Notes under the pieces: generated by a model
What the model was told of the DNA's origin: nothing
Database searches by the model: none
What the model saw: the letters and a program-made list of their open reading frames with translations, nothing else
Shown here: positions 1 to 13,114 of the stretch, piece after piece
Position numbering within the stretch: the first letter of the stretch is position 1
Layout of the letters: every line of letters begins with the position of its first letter
Position numbers and translations under genes: made by a program
DNA from: Felis catus
Lineage: Eukaryota
DNA length: 64,000 nt
Assembly (NCBI RefSeq): GCF_018350175.1
Contig: NC_058368.1
Span: 125,118,001-125,182,000 of the forward strand
Reading direction: 5' to 3'

Positions 1-656
1 ATGGAGGGAGTCTTTTTGTTGTTGAGTGGAGCAGGGTTCCAGGTCAGGCTTCCCCAGGAACTGACAAAACAGGAACTGAGTGTCTAAATGTCCATAAGAT
101 TTCATCATACAAATAGGAGAGGGAAAAGATTTGTATTTAAAGGGAAAGACATGATCAAATGTACGGTAGGAGGAAGCTGAGTTTGAAGATAAAGTAACTT
201 AGGGTATGAGCACCATTACATTTAAGTTTGAAGAAAAAATAGGGAGGGTATCTGAAGAAGGATAAGGAAAATTAAGGCAGATAAGTAGGTAGAACTAAGT
301 TCTATAAAACCTAAAATTGACATTCCAAAATATTTGAACACTATTCTTGTTGGATTTCTGTCACTTTTAGAGCCAAGGCATATCGGACCATCACCTGCAT
401 GAGCTGGTGGGAGAGGAGTGGGTCACTGAAATGAGGAATGGATTGGAGCCAGAGGGCAATCATCCAGCCCCAAGGCTAGTCACTGAAAACAGGACAAAAA
501 CCAGTAAATTATTTTAGGTTTAAAGAGCCTTCTTCAGATAAAAGAACAAAGAGGAAACAAAAGACATACTGGAGAAACAGAAAACAATTAGCAAGATGAT
601 AAATTTAAATCTAACTATATCAATAATTACAACCCTAATTAAAAGACAGAGATGAT

Positions 657-873
657 CATGTATCAATTTTGGCTCATCAGTTGTGTTATGGACTGAATTT
701 TGTCCCCTGACAAATCCCTTTCTTGAAGTGCTAATCCAGAGTGACTATATCAGGAGATATGGTTTTAAGAGCTAATTAAGGTTAAATGAGGTCATAGGGT
801 GGGGCTCTAATTCAGTAGAACTGTGGCCATATAAGGAGAGGAAGAGAGGTAATCTCTGTCTCTGTCTCCCTAT

Positions 874-921
<48 letters not shown>

Positions 922-1255
922 TTTTACCGAGAAAAGGAAGAAGGTGTCATCTGCAAGCCAGGAAAATCGCCTTCACCACCAGTGACTGAATAGACTGGGT
1001 CCTTCGTCTTGGATGTCTGTTTCCAGAACTGTGAAAAATAGTATCTGTTGTTTAAGCTACCCAGTCTATGGAATTTGTTATGGAAGACAAAGCTGAGAAA
1101 AAATGCAACCAATGTACTACATTAAGGCAAGAAGTCAATAATAGGGAAACAGGAGTGCAGGAATAAAGGGATCTATGGGAACGCTAGTAGTTTTCACTTA
1201 ATGTTTCTGTAAAGTCAAAACTGCTCAAAAAAGATAGTCTATTAGTTTTTTTAAA
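657..1255 (+). mobile_element. L1MC-like 3' end fragment nested in the old L1, itself interrupted by an MLT1 LTR
   Basis: tgtatcaattttggctcatcagttg...aatgtactacattaaggcaagaagtcaataatagggaaac...ctgtaaagtcaaaactgctc resembles the L1MC 3' terminus (recalled consensus). Confidence 0.55.
684..1098 (+). mobile_element. MaLR solo LTR (MLT1A-like) containing a (TG)n microsatellite
   Basis: Starts tgttatggactgaattttgtcccc; contains taattaaggttaaatgaggtcatagggtgggg and ctgttgtttaagctacccagtctatgg; (TG)n at about 876-920. Confidence 0.8.
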
Positions 1256-1873
1256 GGCGGAAATTGTCCAACTGGTTATAGAAGCAAGATTCCCTATATA
1301 GCACATGTTAAAAATGCACATTATAAAGACATAAAAGGTTAAAAGAGAGAGGACAGGAAAAGATATATCAGACTAACGCTAATCAAAATAAAGCTGAAGA
1401 GCCTATATTAATATCAAGACACAAAAGGTTTGAAAGCAGAGAGTCTTTCCAGAGACACAGAAAGTCAATTCATAATGATAAAGTGTCAACCTACCACAAG
1501 GACACAACAATCTTAAACATTTATGCAATAACAGAGCTCCAAATAAACATAAAGCAAAAATGTACAGAACTGCAAGGGATAGTAAATAAATCCATAATTA
1601 TAGTCAGAGATTTCAATAACCCTCTCTCAAGAATTAATAGAACAAATAAAGGAAAAGTCAGTAAAGCTATAGAAGACTTGAACACTGTCAACCAACTTGA
1701 CCTAGTCAGTGATTATAGAACACTGCATCCCTAAACAGCAGAAAACATACTCTTTTCAAATGCATACACAATATTTACCAAAATACATCATATTTTGAAA
1801 TCTTGACAAATTTTAAATGATTCAAGTAATTGTATATTTTATGGCCAGTGTGAAATTAAAAATCAACAACAGA

Positions 1874-2060
1874 GGGGCACCTGGGTGGCTCAGTCAGTTG
1901 GATGGATCATGACTCAGGTCATGATCGCATGGTTCGTGAGTTTGAGCCCCACATTGGGCTTGCTGTCAGCCTGTCAGCATACAGCTCACTTCAGATCCTC
2001 TGTCCCCCTCTCGATGCCCCTCCCCTACTTGTGTTCTCCCCAAAATAAATAAATATTTTT
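1874..2060 (+). mobile_element. CanSINE (SINEC)
   Basis: ggggcacctgggtggctcagtc head; TSD aaaaatcaa(c/t)aacaga at 1858-1873 and 2061-2076. Confidence 0.9.
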
Positions 2061-2101
2061 AAAAATCAATAACAGAAAGATCTTTGTGAAATCTCCACAT
2101 A

Positions 2102-2594
2102 CATTTGACCCTTGAACAACATGGAGGTTAGGGACGCTGATCTGCCACACAGTCAAAAATCCACATATAACTTTTGACTCCCCGAAACTTAACTACTAAT
2201 AGCCTACTATTGACTGGAAGCCTTACTGATAGCATAAACAGTCAATTAACACATATTTTGTATGTTACATGTATTATATACTGTAAATATAGCTTATTTA
2301 TACAATAAAATAAGCTATAGAAAAGAAAATGTTATTAAGAAAATTGCAAGAAAGATGGGAATGCAAGCTGGTACAGCCACTCTGGAGAACAGTATGGAGG
2401 TTCCTCAAAAAATTAAAACTAGAACTACCCTACGGCCCAGCAATTGTGCTACTAGGTATTTATCCAAGGGAAACAGGTGTGCTGTTTCGAATGGACATAT
2501 ACACCCCAATGTTTATAGCAGCACTATCAACAATAGCCAAAGTATGGAAAGAGCCCTAATGTCCATTGATGGATGAATGGATAAAGAAGATGTG

Positions 2595-2639
<45 letters not shown>

Positions 2640-3164
2640 GGAGTATTACTTGGCAATCAAAAAGAATGAAATCTTGCCATTTGCAACTATGTGGATGGAC
2701 CTGGAGGGTATTATGCTAAGTGAAATTAGTCAGTCAGAGAAAGACAAAAATCATATGACTTCACTCATATGAGGACTTTAAGAGACAAAACACATGAACA
2801 TAAGGGAAGGGAAACAAAAATAATATGAAAACAGGGAGGGAACAAAACATAAGAGACTCTTAAATATGGAGAACAAACAGAGGGTTACTGGAGGGGTTGT
2901 GGGAGGGGATGGGCTAAATGGGTAAGGGGCACTAAGGAATCTACTCCTGAAATCATTGTTGCACTATATGCTAAATAATTTGGATGTAAATTTAAAAAAT
3001 TAAATTAAAAATAATAAAAAAAGAAATTAAATTACCTTTGCAATTCAAAAAAAAATTGCAAGAAAGAGAAAATACATTTACAGTACTATACTGTATTTAT
3101 GGTAAAAAATCTGTGTATAAGTGGATCTGCTCAGTTCAAACCTGTGTTGTTCAAGGGTCAACTA
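2102..3164. mobile_element. Non-autonomous Tigger2-type (TcMar) DNA transposon, split by an L1 insertion
   Basis: TIRs catttgacccttgaacaaca (2102) and tgttgttcaagggtcaacta (ends 3164), flanked by TA dinucleotides (2100-2101, 3165-3166). Confidence 0.85.
2356..3051 (+). mobile_element. 5'-truncated felid-type L1 (ORF2 C-terminus plus 3'UTR)
   Basis: ORFs give [21 protein letters not shown] and MEYYLAIKKNEILPFATMWMDLEGIMLSEISQ; perfect TSD aaaattgcaagaaaga at 2340-2355 and 3052-3067; (CA)n expansion at about 2597-2637. Confidence 0.93.
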
Positions 3165-3290
3165 TAATTGGAAACTAAATAGCACACTTTTAAACAACAA
3201 AGGTGACAAAGGAAAGTAATCAAAATTAAAAAAATATTTTGAACAGAGTGCAAATGAAAACACAACATATTAAATAGTAGGGGATGCCTC

Positions 3291-3904
3291 AGTGGTAGAG
3301 TGAACAATGGCACCCAAATATGTTCACATCCTAATCTCTAAAACCTGTGAGTGTTACCTTATATCACAGAAGGGACTTGCAGATGTGATAAATGAAGAAT
3401 CTTAAAACGGGGAGATTATGCTGAATTATTAGAGTAGGCCAATGCAATCACAGTAATCCTTATATGAGAAACTGAGGAGGAGTCAGAATCAGAGGAAAGA
3501 ACAATGTGATGACAGAAGCAGAGATTGAAGTGATACAGTCTGAAAATATAAAAAGGGCCCTTGAGCCAAGAAACACAGACAGCATTAGAAGTTATAAAAA
3601 AGAGGGGGGTGGGGCAGACTGGTTGATTCAGTTGGTAAAGCATACAGCTCTTGACCACAGAGTTGTGAGTTTGATCCCCGTATTGGGTATAAAGACTACT
3701 TAAAAAAAAAAAAAAAAAGCTGGAAAGGACAAAGAAACATAGCCTCTCCTCAAAGATTCCAAAAGGAGCCAGCCCTGCCAATACCTTGACCTTAGGTCAG
3801 TAAATCTGAATTTGCATTTTTAATCTCCAAAATTATAAAAGGATAATTTTGTACAGCTTTAAGCCATTAAGTTTGTGGTGATTTGTTACAAAGACAATAC
3901 AACA
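3291..3904 (+). mobile_element. MaLR solo LTR (MLT1D-like) with a short CanSINE at about 3610-3718
   Basis: cacatcctaatctctaaaacctgtgagtgttacctt...gggacttgcagatgtgat...aagccattaagtttgtggtgatttgttac. Confidence 0.75.
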
Positions 3905-4120
3905 GGACTCTGATATAGCCCTTTAAATACTACTTAGAAGGACATTAAGAGGAATATATGCCCGACTTTTGCCTTAAGAAACTAAAAGAAGCAAATTCAA
4001 AGTAGCAGAAGAAAGCAAATGATAAAAATCAGAGCAGAAATCAATGAAAAATAAAAGAGAAAAACAACAGAGAAAAATCATGAAACAAAAAGGCTGGTTC
4101 TTTAAAATCAATAAAGTTGA

Positions 4121-4330
4121 GGGGCAGCCAGGGTGGCTCATTTGTTAAGTGTCGGACTTTGGCTCAGGTCATGATCTCGTGGCTTGGGAGTTTGGGCCCA
4201 CGTTGGGCTCCGTGCTGACAGCCTGGAGCCTGGAGCCTGCTTTTGATTCTGTGTCTCCTTCTTTCTCTGCCCCTCCCCTGCTTGTGCTCTGCCTCTCAAA
4301 AATAAATAAATGTTAAAAAATTTATTTTTC
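4121..4330 (+). mobile_element. CanSINE
   Basis: Full head and body; TSD atcaataaagttga at 4107-4120 and 4331-4344. Confidence 0.92.
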
Positions 4331-4460
4331 ATCAATAAAGTTGATAAACCTCTAGCCAGATTGACCAGAAAAAGAAAAAGAAGACAAAAATTACCAGCAT
4401 CAGGAATGAGAGAAGTGATAGCCCTACAGATACAACTGATGCTAAAATAATGATAAGGAA

Positions 4461-4694
4461 TTTCCTTTGTGCTGATGCTGGGCAGGGCCCCACTTGTCCC
4501 TTTCAGACACCTTGGAGGGCAAGGGGCTGAAGAGGGCCAGACCTAGGTTTCAGGGGCACAAGCAGAGCAGCTTTTGGCTGTGTACATAGGGTGCTTTATT
4601 CTCCACAGAGTGATACATGCTAAGATGGGCTGGGTTGGGCCAATGTCCCCATATGTACAGAATTGAATAAAGTGGGTCTCTGAGGGAAAAAAAA
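4461..4694 (+). pseudogene. 5'-truncated processed retrocopy consisting only of an mRNA 3'UTR end (parent not established)
   Basis: GC-richer non-L1 island inside L1 ORF2; AATAAA 4666-4671; short A tail; TSD aatgataag(g/a)aa at 4449-4460 and 4695-4706. Confidence 0.75.
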
Positions 4695-6489
4695 AATGAT
4701 AAGAAAGTATTATGAATAACTTTGTACTAAAAACTTCGACAACTTAAATGAGAAAATGGACAGATTCTACAAATTATGAAAGTTGCCTCAAGAAAAAATA
4801 GATAACTTCAATAGCCCTACATCTGTTAAAGAAATTGAATTTGTAGTTAAACTCCCTCCTCCAAAGAAAACTCCAGAGTCAGTGGCTTTGCCGAGTTCCA
4901 CCAAATATTTAAGGAAGAAACAATACCAATTATATACAAACTCTTCCAGTAAATTGGAGAGGATGAAATAATTCTCAATTCATTCTATGAGGCCAGCATA
5001 ACCATGACACCAAAACCAGACAGAAAAAAAAAAAGACCAATATCCATCATAAATACACATGCAGATATTCCAGACAAAATGGCAAGTGTAAACTGTATCC
5101 AACAATATATAAAAATTATAATACATTATGATTACATGGGGTCTATCCTTCTGTATCCCCCATTACGTGGGGCTTGAAGAAAATGAGAATACAAGATTGG
5201 TTTCATATTCAAATATCACTCAACATAGCTCACCATACATGATTATTTTTTAGCTACAAAACTAAAATAACAACAACTATCTATGTAATCATGTAATAGA
5301 TGCTGTAAAAAAAAATGTTTCCGATAAACAAACAAAATCTCTCAGAAAACTGGTACTAGAAGGGAACTTACTTAGTCTAAGTACAATTACAAAAAAACTG
5401 ACAGCTAACATTATATTTAATGGTGGAAATTAAATGTTCATCCCCAGGAGTAAGATGAGAACGTGTACTTTTGACATTTTGGTCCAACATTATATGGGTG
5501 GTCCTAACCAGTGCAACGAGGCTAAAGTAATAAATAAATAGATAGCAGTCATATTAGAAAGAAAGAGGTCAAACTGTCTTTATTTATAGAAGAAATATGG
5601 AAATTTCTATATAGAAAAAGATGGAATCTGCTTAAAAGCTACTAGAATTAATATATGAGTTTAGAAATGTTGCAGCATTCAAGGACAATATATAAAAATC
5701 AATTGTATTTCTATACACTAACAATATGAAAAACTTAGGGTTAAGTCTGACAAAAGATATGCAAGGTACATACAAAACTATAAAATATTGCTGAGAAAAA
5801 TTAAGGAAGACTTTAATAAATGGAAGAGATGAAGTGTTCATGGAAAACTCAGTGTTGTTGTTAAAGGTCAATTCTTTTCAAACTCATCTATAGCTTCAAC
5901 ACATTCCCAATAAAAAACCCAGCAGGTTTTTTTGTACTATTAGACAAGTTGATTCTAAAATTCATATGGTAGTGCAAAGGACTAAAATTGCCAAAATGTC
6001 TTTGAAAGAGAAAAAGCAAAACTGGAGGATCAACACTACCTCATTTATAAAACCACAGTTATCAAGATAGTATGTCATCGAGAGAGACACATAGATCAAT
6101 GGACCAGACTAGAGAGTCCAGAAAGAAACCTACACCTATATGAACAGCTGATTTTTGACAAAGGTGCAAAAGCAATGCAGTGGACAAAAGATAGCTTTTT
6201 CCACAAATAATGCTGGAGCATTATAAACAAACATGAATTTTGACCCACATCTTGTGTCATTAAAAAATGAACTCTAAATGGATTATAGATACAATTGTAA
6301 AATATAAAACTATAAAATGTCTATAATAATAAAAAAAAACAGGAGAAATTCCCAAATCGTGGTGACCACAGGTTAAGCAAAATTTCTTAGATATGAAACC
6401 AAGAAGAAAACAAAATTATAAGTTGTACTTCACCAAAACTAAAAATTTCTGGTTGGTCTTCAAAAGAAATTATTAAGAAAATGAAAAGA

Positions 6490-6604
6490 GGGATAACTCA
6501 GTGGGTTGAGCATCCAACTCTTGATTTCAGCTCAGGTCATGATCCCAGGGTCGTGGGATCAAGCCCCATGTCAGGGTCCAAGCTAAGCGTGGAACCTGCT
6601 TAAG

Positions 6605-6654
<50 letters not shown>

Positions 6655-6890
6655 CCTCCCTCCCTCCCTCCCTCTGTTCCTCCCCTCCCCCCAACTTGTG
6701 TTCTCTTTAGTTCTTTCAAAGAAAAAAAGAAAGGAAGAAAAGAAAATGAAAAAGAAAAAGCCCCAGATGGGGTGCCTGGCTGGCTTAGTCAGTGGAGTGT
6801 GCAACTCTTAATTTCAGGGTTGTGAGTTCAAGCCCCATGTTGGGTGTGGAGATTACTTAAAAATAAATTTTTTTTTAAAAAGAGAGAAAG
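6490..6890 (+). mobile_element. Two tandem CanSINEs (about 6490-6745 and 6769-6890)
   Basis: SINE bodies with a (CT)n tract and A-rich tails. Confidence 0.85.
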
Positions 6891-6997
6891 GAAGAAAAGT
6901 CACAGAGTGGGAGAATATGTTTGTAAGTCATATTTCTGATAAAGGTCTTATATTAATTATGTATAAAGAATTCTCAAAACTCAGTAATCAAACTTAA

Positions 6998-7529
6998 AGG
7001 CAGGGATTCAAAGAGATATTTATACACTCTTGTTCTCTGCAGAATTATTCACAATAAAGTGATAGGGGAAAGTGATCCAAGTGTCCATTTATGGAGGAAT
7101 GAATTTAAAAAAAACATGTTATATACACACAATGGAATATCTGGCCTCTTAGGAAAGAAATCCTGACATATACTACACTTTGGATGAATCTTGAGGAAAT
7201 TATGCTAAATGAAATAAGCCAGTCACAAACCATATGATTCCATTGATAGGAGATACTTAAGATGAGTCAAATTCATACAGATAGAAAGTAGAATGGTGGT
7301 TGCCACAGTTGGGGGGTGCGGGAGAATAAACACAATAAACTATTATGGTTTTACTACGGTTTAATAGATACAGTTTCAGTTCATCAAGATGAAAGAGCTG
7401 TGGCAAAGGATGGTGGTGATAGTGGCACAACAATATTTAATGCCATTGAATTTTACATATAAAAGTGGTTAGGATGGTAAATTTTATATTAAATGTATTT
7501 TAACACATTTAAAAAAATTTTTTTAAGAT

Positions 7530-7564
<35 letters not shown>

Positions 7565-7771
7565 TTTGAGAGAGGAAGAGAAAGAGCGTGAGCGGGGCAG
7601 GGGAAGAGAGAGGGAGACACAGTATCCGAAGCAGGCTCCAGGCTCTGAGGGTTCACCACAGAGCCTGATGTGGCGCTCGAACTCTTAAACCACGAGATCA
7701 TGACCTGAGCTGAAGTCAGAGGTTTAACCAACTGAGCCACCAAGGCACCCCTATTTTATCACAATTTAAAG
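6998..7771 (+). mobile_element. L1MA/L1MB-like 3' end nested in the old L1, with a minus-strand CanSINE (about 7512-7751) in its tail
   Basis: tggatgaatcttgaggaaattatgctaaatgaaataagccagtcac...; TSD caaacttaa at 6989-6997 and 7772-7780. Confidence 0.75.
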
Positions 7772-9805
7772 CAAACTTAATAAATAGAAAACAACCCAGT
7801 TTTTTAAATGGGGCAAAATGTTTGAACAGACTTTCCCCAAAGAAGATAAACAGATGGAAAATAAGCATATGAAAAGATGCTCAACATTGTTAGTCATTGG
7901 GGAAATGCAAATTAAAACCACAAGGAGAGATCACTACATACCTATTAGATGGCAAAATTTAAAAATACTGACCATACTAAGTTTTGGCAAGGATATGGAA
8001 AATTTGGAATTTTCATATAGTGCTAACGGGAATGTAAATGGTAAAACGACTTTGCAAAACAGTTGGGGAGTTTCTAAAGAAGTGAAATATATTCTTACCA
8101 TATATGCTCTAGCCTTTTGACTTCTAAAGAATTTACACAAGAGAAATGAAAGCAGATATCCATACAAAGACTTGTAAAAAAATATTTATAGCCATTTTAT
8201 TTGTAATGGCTAAAATCCTGGAAACAACCCAAATGTACATCAACAGGTAAATATGTATAAACAAATTGTGGTATATCCATGTGATAGACTACTATCTCCC
8301 TCCTTTTATTAGTCCTTTTTATTAACAAAAGGAACATGGATAGATCTCAAAATAATTATGCCAAGTGAAACAAACCAGACAAAACAATAGTGCATACTGT
8401 ATGATTTCATTTACATACCATTCCAGACAATACAAACTAGTCTGTACTGACAGAAAGCAGATCGGTGGTTGCCTGGGCATAGAAAGAAAGGAGGAGGAAC
8501 AGGACAGGAAGGAATTAACCACAAAGGGGCATGAGCAAATAGCTGGAGGTGTTGGATAGCTTCCTTATCTTAATGGTAGTAGGGGTGGTTTCATGGGTGT
8601 ATGCATATGTCAAAACTTTCCAAATTGTATACTCTAAATATGTACAGCTTATTGCATATCCATTTTACTTCAATAAAACTGTTAAAATAAATAAACAAGT
8701 TTTATAAGCTCAGACTCAATCTGCCTCAGTAAATTCCACCTGTTGGTGGAGGCAGAGATGGAGGGGCATAACCATTTGGAATTTTTCACTTTGGGAAATG
8801 ATCAAGGAAGACAACCTGGGATGAGAAAAAAAATATTGCTGAGACACGTGGTGTGTTCTGAAGAGGTCAAGCAGTGTTCATTTTCTCTACATTTAATCAA
8901 CATAGAAGGTCTCAGAGTCAAAAGATATTGGAGCCAGGAAGGAACTTTGAGAAAGAAAATGCAGTTTAGTTTTTTTTTTCAGATGAGGAAATGAATCCAA
9001 GAGAAATAAAGGGCCTTGCTTTCAGTCAGATAGCTTGCAAAGCTAAGCCTAAAATGTGAATCCTCTGAAACCTACTCTAATGTTTTTTATTTTCTATACC
9101 TAGATATCCTAAACCCTTGGGTAATTGTTAGTCTAGGTTAGTCTATGAAAATATGGAAAAAGATAACACCCATGAGACTCTGAGATAATAGCTCTAAGAT
9201 ATCTTTCATGACCACCTGGACAGCCCAGAAAGTAGAAGGGAACACCACTACCTCAACCTTCATATTTTCAGTTCCCAAAGCCTCTTAGACATCAGGCCCT
9301 ATAGGCCACTAATGACCTCCTTACTACTGGCAGAGTCTTGACAACTTGAAACTATTACTTTTGATGTGAACTCCTTACAGGCAGAGTCAGTTCTGCAATA
9401 ATGCTTGCCTTGAAAACACAAATATGGTCCAGGGTGATTCATATGTTAGGAAACAATATGAGGATGGTGCGCATTTACCCTTGCCTATGTAAAGTGAGGT
9501 CTTATGAGTGAGAAACTGGATGAAAACAGAAAACTTGGCTCAGCTGAACCCAGCAGTGTGGGACACTCAAAACGCATATGCACATGCGCACAGATGCTTA
9601 ACGCTCTACCAGCTAACTCTGTGCGCTCCGTGTATTATGTTGTCCCATCCAAGTCTGGTGTTAAATTTTTCCTCTGACTTTACATAACCTACCTTCCTAC
9701 CCCTTTACAGTGAGTCACAAGCTGCTACCCTTTCAACATTCACGTCCTCATTGAAGTCTTTTTAAGATAAAGTGCCATGTTTACTTTATTATTTATGAAT
9801 TTCCC

Positions 9806-10600
9806 TTTTTTTCTAACTTGGAAGTGGTCACTGTTTATTAACTGAACAGATTATAAAAATAATCATGGGAGACACCTTAGTTCATCCTTCTAACATGTCT
9901 GTTAATCTGGTCTTCCCTGTTGGTCACCATCTCTACCTTCTATAATATCGGTGATCTTTTTCTTCATTCTTCCTCGGGGAGAAGATAATTTGAAGGGCTG
10001 CAGGAAGTTGTTTGCTTCTCTGAAATATTTTCCAACAGGACAGACCTCATGAATAAGACCCTCCATGTAGACGATGCCCTTTTCCCCAAGAGTTTGAGCA
10101 ATCAAAGTGTTATCTGTCAGCACAATTGACTTTTTGTTGATTTTGCCATGACTATGCTGGCAGATCAATTTATTTACTGATCTCTGGTTTGGGTACCCGA
10201 TGCAGTATATGGCTCCACCATCCTCAGCATGTTAACTGAAGCCTTGCTGAGCTTAACAAAGGTGCCACTGAAGAACTGACAAAGATAAAGTGTCAACACC
10301 TTTTGGATTTTTGGGCTCACACCGCGGATATCTCTGATCCTGAAAACAAATGCCCACTTGGGTTCCACATTACATAGAAGTTGTTTGCATTTCTTGCCCA
10401 ATCCTCACAATTCGAATCTTACTTCTATACATCTTCCAATCTTCCCTATTCTGGTGCTTAGCTTTTTCATAGATAAGCTTCATCCTTGCCTTGGAAAGCA
10501 TCTTTTGAGCATTTTTCTCAGGTGCTTGGTCTTCAGCACTGCAACACTTTTTCTTAATGGTTTCTGGCACAGCAGAAACCTTCTTTTCTCCATTCTCCAT
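9806..10600 (-). pseudogene. RPL7: Processed pseudogene of 60S ribosomal protein L7 (uL30)
   Basis: Three frameshifted minus-strand ORFs give [105 protein letters not shown]; no introns; stop at 9877-9879; AATAAA at 9834-9839; A-tail remnant 9806-9812. Confidence 0.95.
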
Positions 10601-11439
10601 TCTCTATTTCTTTTCTCCAGAAAACTTCTTTTTCTCCATTTTCCATCCTCTGTTTTGGCTGCCTATGAATTTCTTAAGTTATGAGGCTACTTATGAATTT
10701 TTTAACCATTTAACATGTGTAAAACTGTGCTAGCATTTTTATTAGGTTCCTATACTTTTTCTTTAATGTGTCATTGATGAAGTTCTGAAATGTTGTCTCT
10801 CTGATCCCATCTTTTCCCATAAACCCTTTCATTTCTCTTGCACTGTTGTGCATAGCACAGTGATTTTTATGACAGCATATGCCACATTATAGTGGAGCTA
10901 AATCAGGAGTGTAGCGTAGACCCTTGAAATACTAATTTTGGGTCCAGTAGCTGTGCCCATGCATATGCACACACATACATACATACACAAACACACAGAA
11001 TTTTGTTTAAATACTACTGGGCTGGTGTCCTGTCATAAAAGTTTGTTTCAGAGCTGACAGGAGAACAAAGTATCCTTTTCAGAGTCAGCTCACACAATGA
11101 TTGTTAGTTACAGCATACCAGTCCTTTGTTCCTTCTGAGCAGTGACTGATCTTGGATGCAATGGAGACCATTAGTACTGGTCAACCAGCAAAGACAAGCA
11201 TTAAGTCAGCTCATACATAATGGATCAGGCTTAGCAATGACCCACCCTCTTGGCATCTTAGTTGCTGGTAACAATATAAGTCAAAGCATGTTCCATTATG
11301 GTCTCCATCATAATCATGTGGGGAACTGAACAGAATGCAGATGCCTGGGCTCCACTCTTTATCTGCCAAATCAGAGCCTCTAAGATCAGCAATGAATCAG
11401 CATTTTGTTTTTGTTTTATGTTAATTAATTAATTGATTT

Positions 11440-12003
11440 CTAATGTTTATTTTGATTTTTTTAAATGTATTTATTTTGAGAGAGACAGAAAGCACAGTGG
11501 GGGAGGAGCAGAGAGAGAGGGAGAGAGAGAATCCCAAGTAGGCTCTGCACTGTCAGCCTGGAGCAGACATGGAGCTCGAACTCACAAACTGTGAGATCAT
11601 GACCTGCGCTAAAGTCTGACACTTAATCAACTGAGCCACCCAGATGCCCCTATTTATTTATTTTGAGAGAGAGAGACAGACAGAAAGCACATGCACGAGC
11701 GAGGGAGGGGCAGAGAGAGGGAGAGAGAGAATCCTAAGCAGGCTCTGTGCTGACAGCACAACATGGGGCTCTAATTCACAAACTGTGAGATGATGACATA
11801 AGCCAAAGTCAAGAGTTGGAGGCTACCCAGGTGCCCCCATTTTTTTTTTGGTGGGGGGAGGGGCAGAAAGAAGGAGAGAATCCCAAGCAAGCTCTGCACT
11901 GTCAGCACAGAGCCCAACACCGGATTTGATCCTGCAAACTGCGAGATCGTGACTTGAACCGAAACCAAGAGTCAGACACTTAACTGAGCCACACAGGCGC
12001 CCC
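11440..12003 (-). mobile_element. Three tandem minus-strand CanSINEs
   Basis: Three SINE heads (...gccacccagatgcccc-like) ending near 11650, 11838 and 12003. Confidence 0.88.
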
Positions 12004-13114
12004 AAGGAAGATGCATTTTGACAGGCATTTAGTCATCCTTAGGCACCCTGAACTTTGAGAACCCCTGGACTGGACTGTCTACATGAATTGCAGGAAGACA
12101 CATGATACAGAGCCAGGCTCTTGAGTGCTTAATATTAAGCTTAACTTCTTTTTTACCTAAAACAGCTGGCTCTTACTCCATTTTACATATTATTATTATC
12201 CAATTACAATAGCTTTTGTCCAATTTTAAATCAATATCGTTGAGGATTTGTCACAGGTGCCACATGTTGACCTGTTGTGAGGGAGAGCGGGTTGATAGAA
12301 AAGTTCCAGAGAGTACTTTGACATAGCAGAGAGTGTTGTTCCGTAGCTGGTTCATTAAGTTCATATTTCATCTGTCAAAAAATTTTTACAACTATTTTTT
12401 CAGAACTTTGAACTAAATTCTCTGGTGTGTTCTGAAACAAGGACAGGACACCTGGAGCTTCCTAATGAATACTTTCTTCTATAATCTAGCCACTGATTAA
12501 TTGGTACTATGATCTGAACTTGTGTACTAGATGGGCTGGGAACAAAATACCAGTTAAAAATTGCAGAGATATTTATGAGTACACTAAAGGAATATAATTA
12601 TTTTTCTGGAGAAGATAACCATTATCATGATGTAGCATATAGTAATGTTTTACAATCACCAGCAAGTATTAATGTGATGTTTAACATCTTCCACCTTGGA
12701 AGATGGTTCAAGTCACAAGAAAAATAATGAAAGATCTTAACTTAAAAGAGATCTTTTAAAGAGATCTTCACTCTCTCCTTAGCAGACTCAAATACATATT
12801 ACAAAATAATTCTAGTAGTACTTCCTATGTTGGGAGGAAAAAAGCAAGTTCTGTCTTCTAGAGTGTACAAGAGAACACTGTAATAAAGATGTTTTTGAAG
12901 TAAACCATGAAGAAAATGGACATTACAGACTTAAAATGGATTTTCTTTGTCTCTTATGAAATTATTGAAACAAGAACTAGCAAGAAGGAATTTATTATGC
13001 ATGCTTCATAAAACGACACCATGTATCAGAAAATCAATGTGAGAATTAGCTAAGTGCTAGAAACCTCCATTACCAGAAGAATCTATGCTGACAATTCATC
13101 TTGTCCACCTTTTC

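Larger units (their letters stand above)
540..8690 (+). mobile_element. Ancient degraded LINE-1 (L1M class, L1MD/L1ME-like) spanning ORF2 endonuclease, RT and C-terminus plus 3'UTR, with many nested insertions
   Basis: ORF 1483-1734 (TILNIYA...IIVRDFNNPLS...LDLVSDYRTLHP) is L1 endonuclease-like; ORF 4783-4971 (DNFNSPTSVKEIEFVVK) is ORF2; ORF 7818-8120 (KHMKRCSTLLVIGEMQIKTT) is the ORF2 C-terminus; ends near AATAAA 8672 and an A-rich tail; many stops and frameshifts. Confidence 0.85.

Noticed and set aside
1874..1950. tRNA-like A and B boxes in SINE heads as tRNA genes
   Set aside because: They are the tRNA-derived heads of CanSINEs, followed by SINE body, (CT)n and A tail
9570..9635. NRF1-like motif tgcacatgcgca and a few CpGs as a promoter
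   Set aside because: Single imperfect motif in a purine-pyrimidine alternating patch; no CpG island
12240..12380. Possible minus-strand exon (ttttttgacag|ATGAAATATG...)
   Set aside because: Short frames with no recognisable protein and no clear donor
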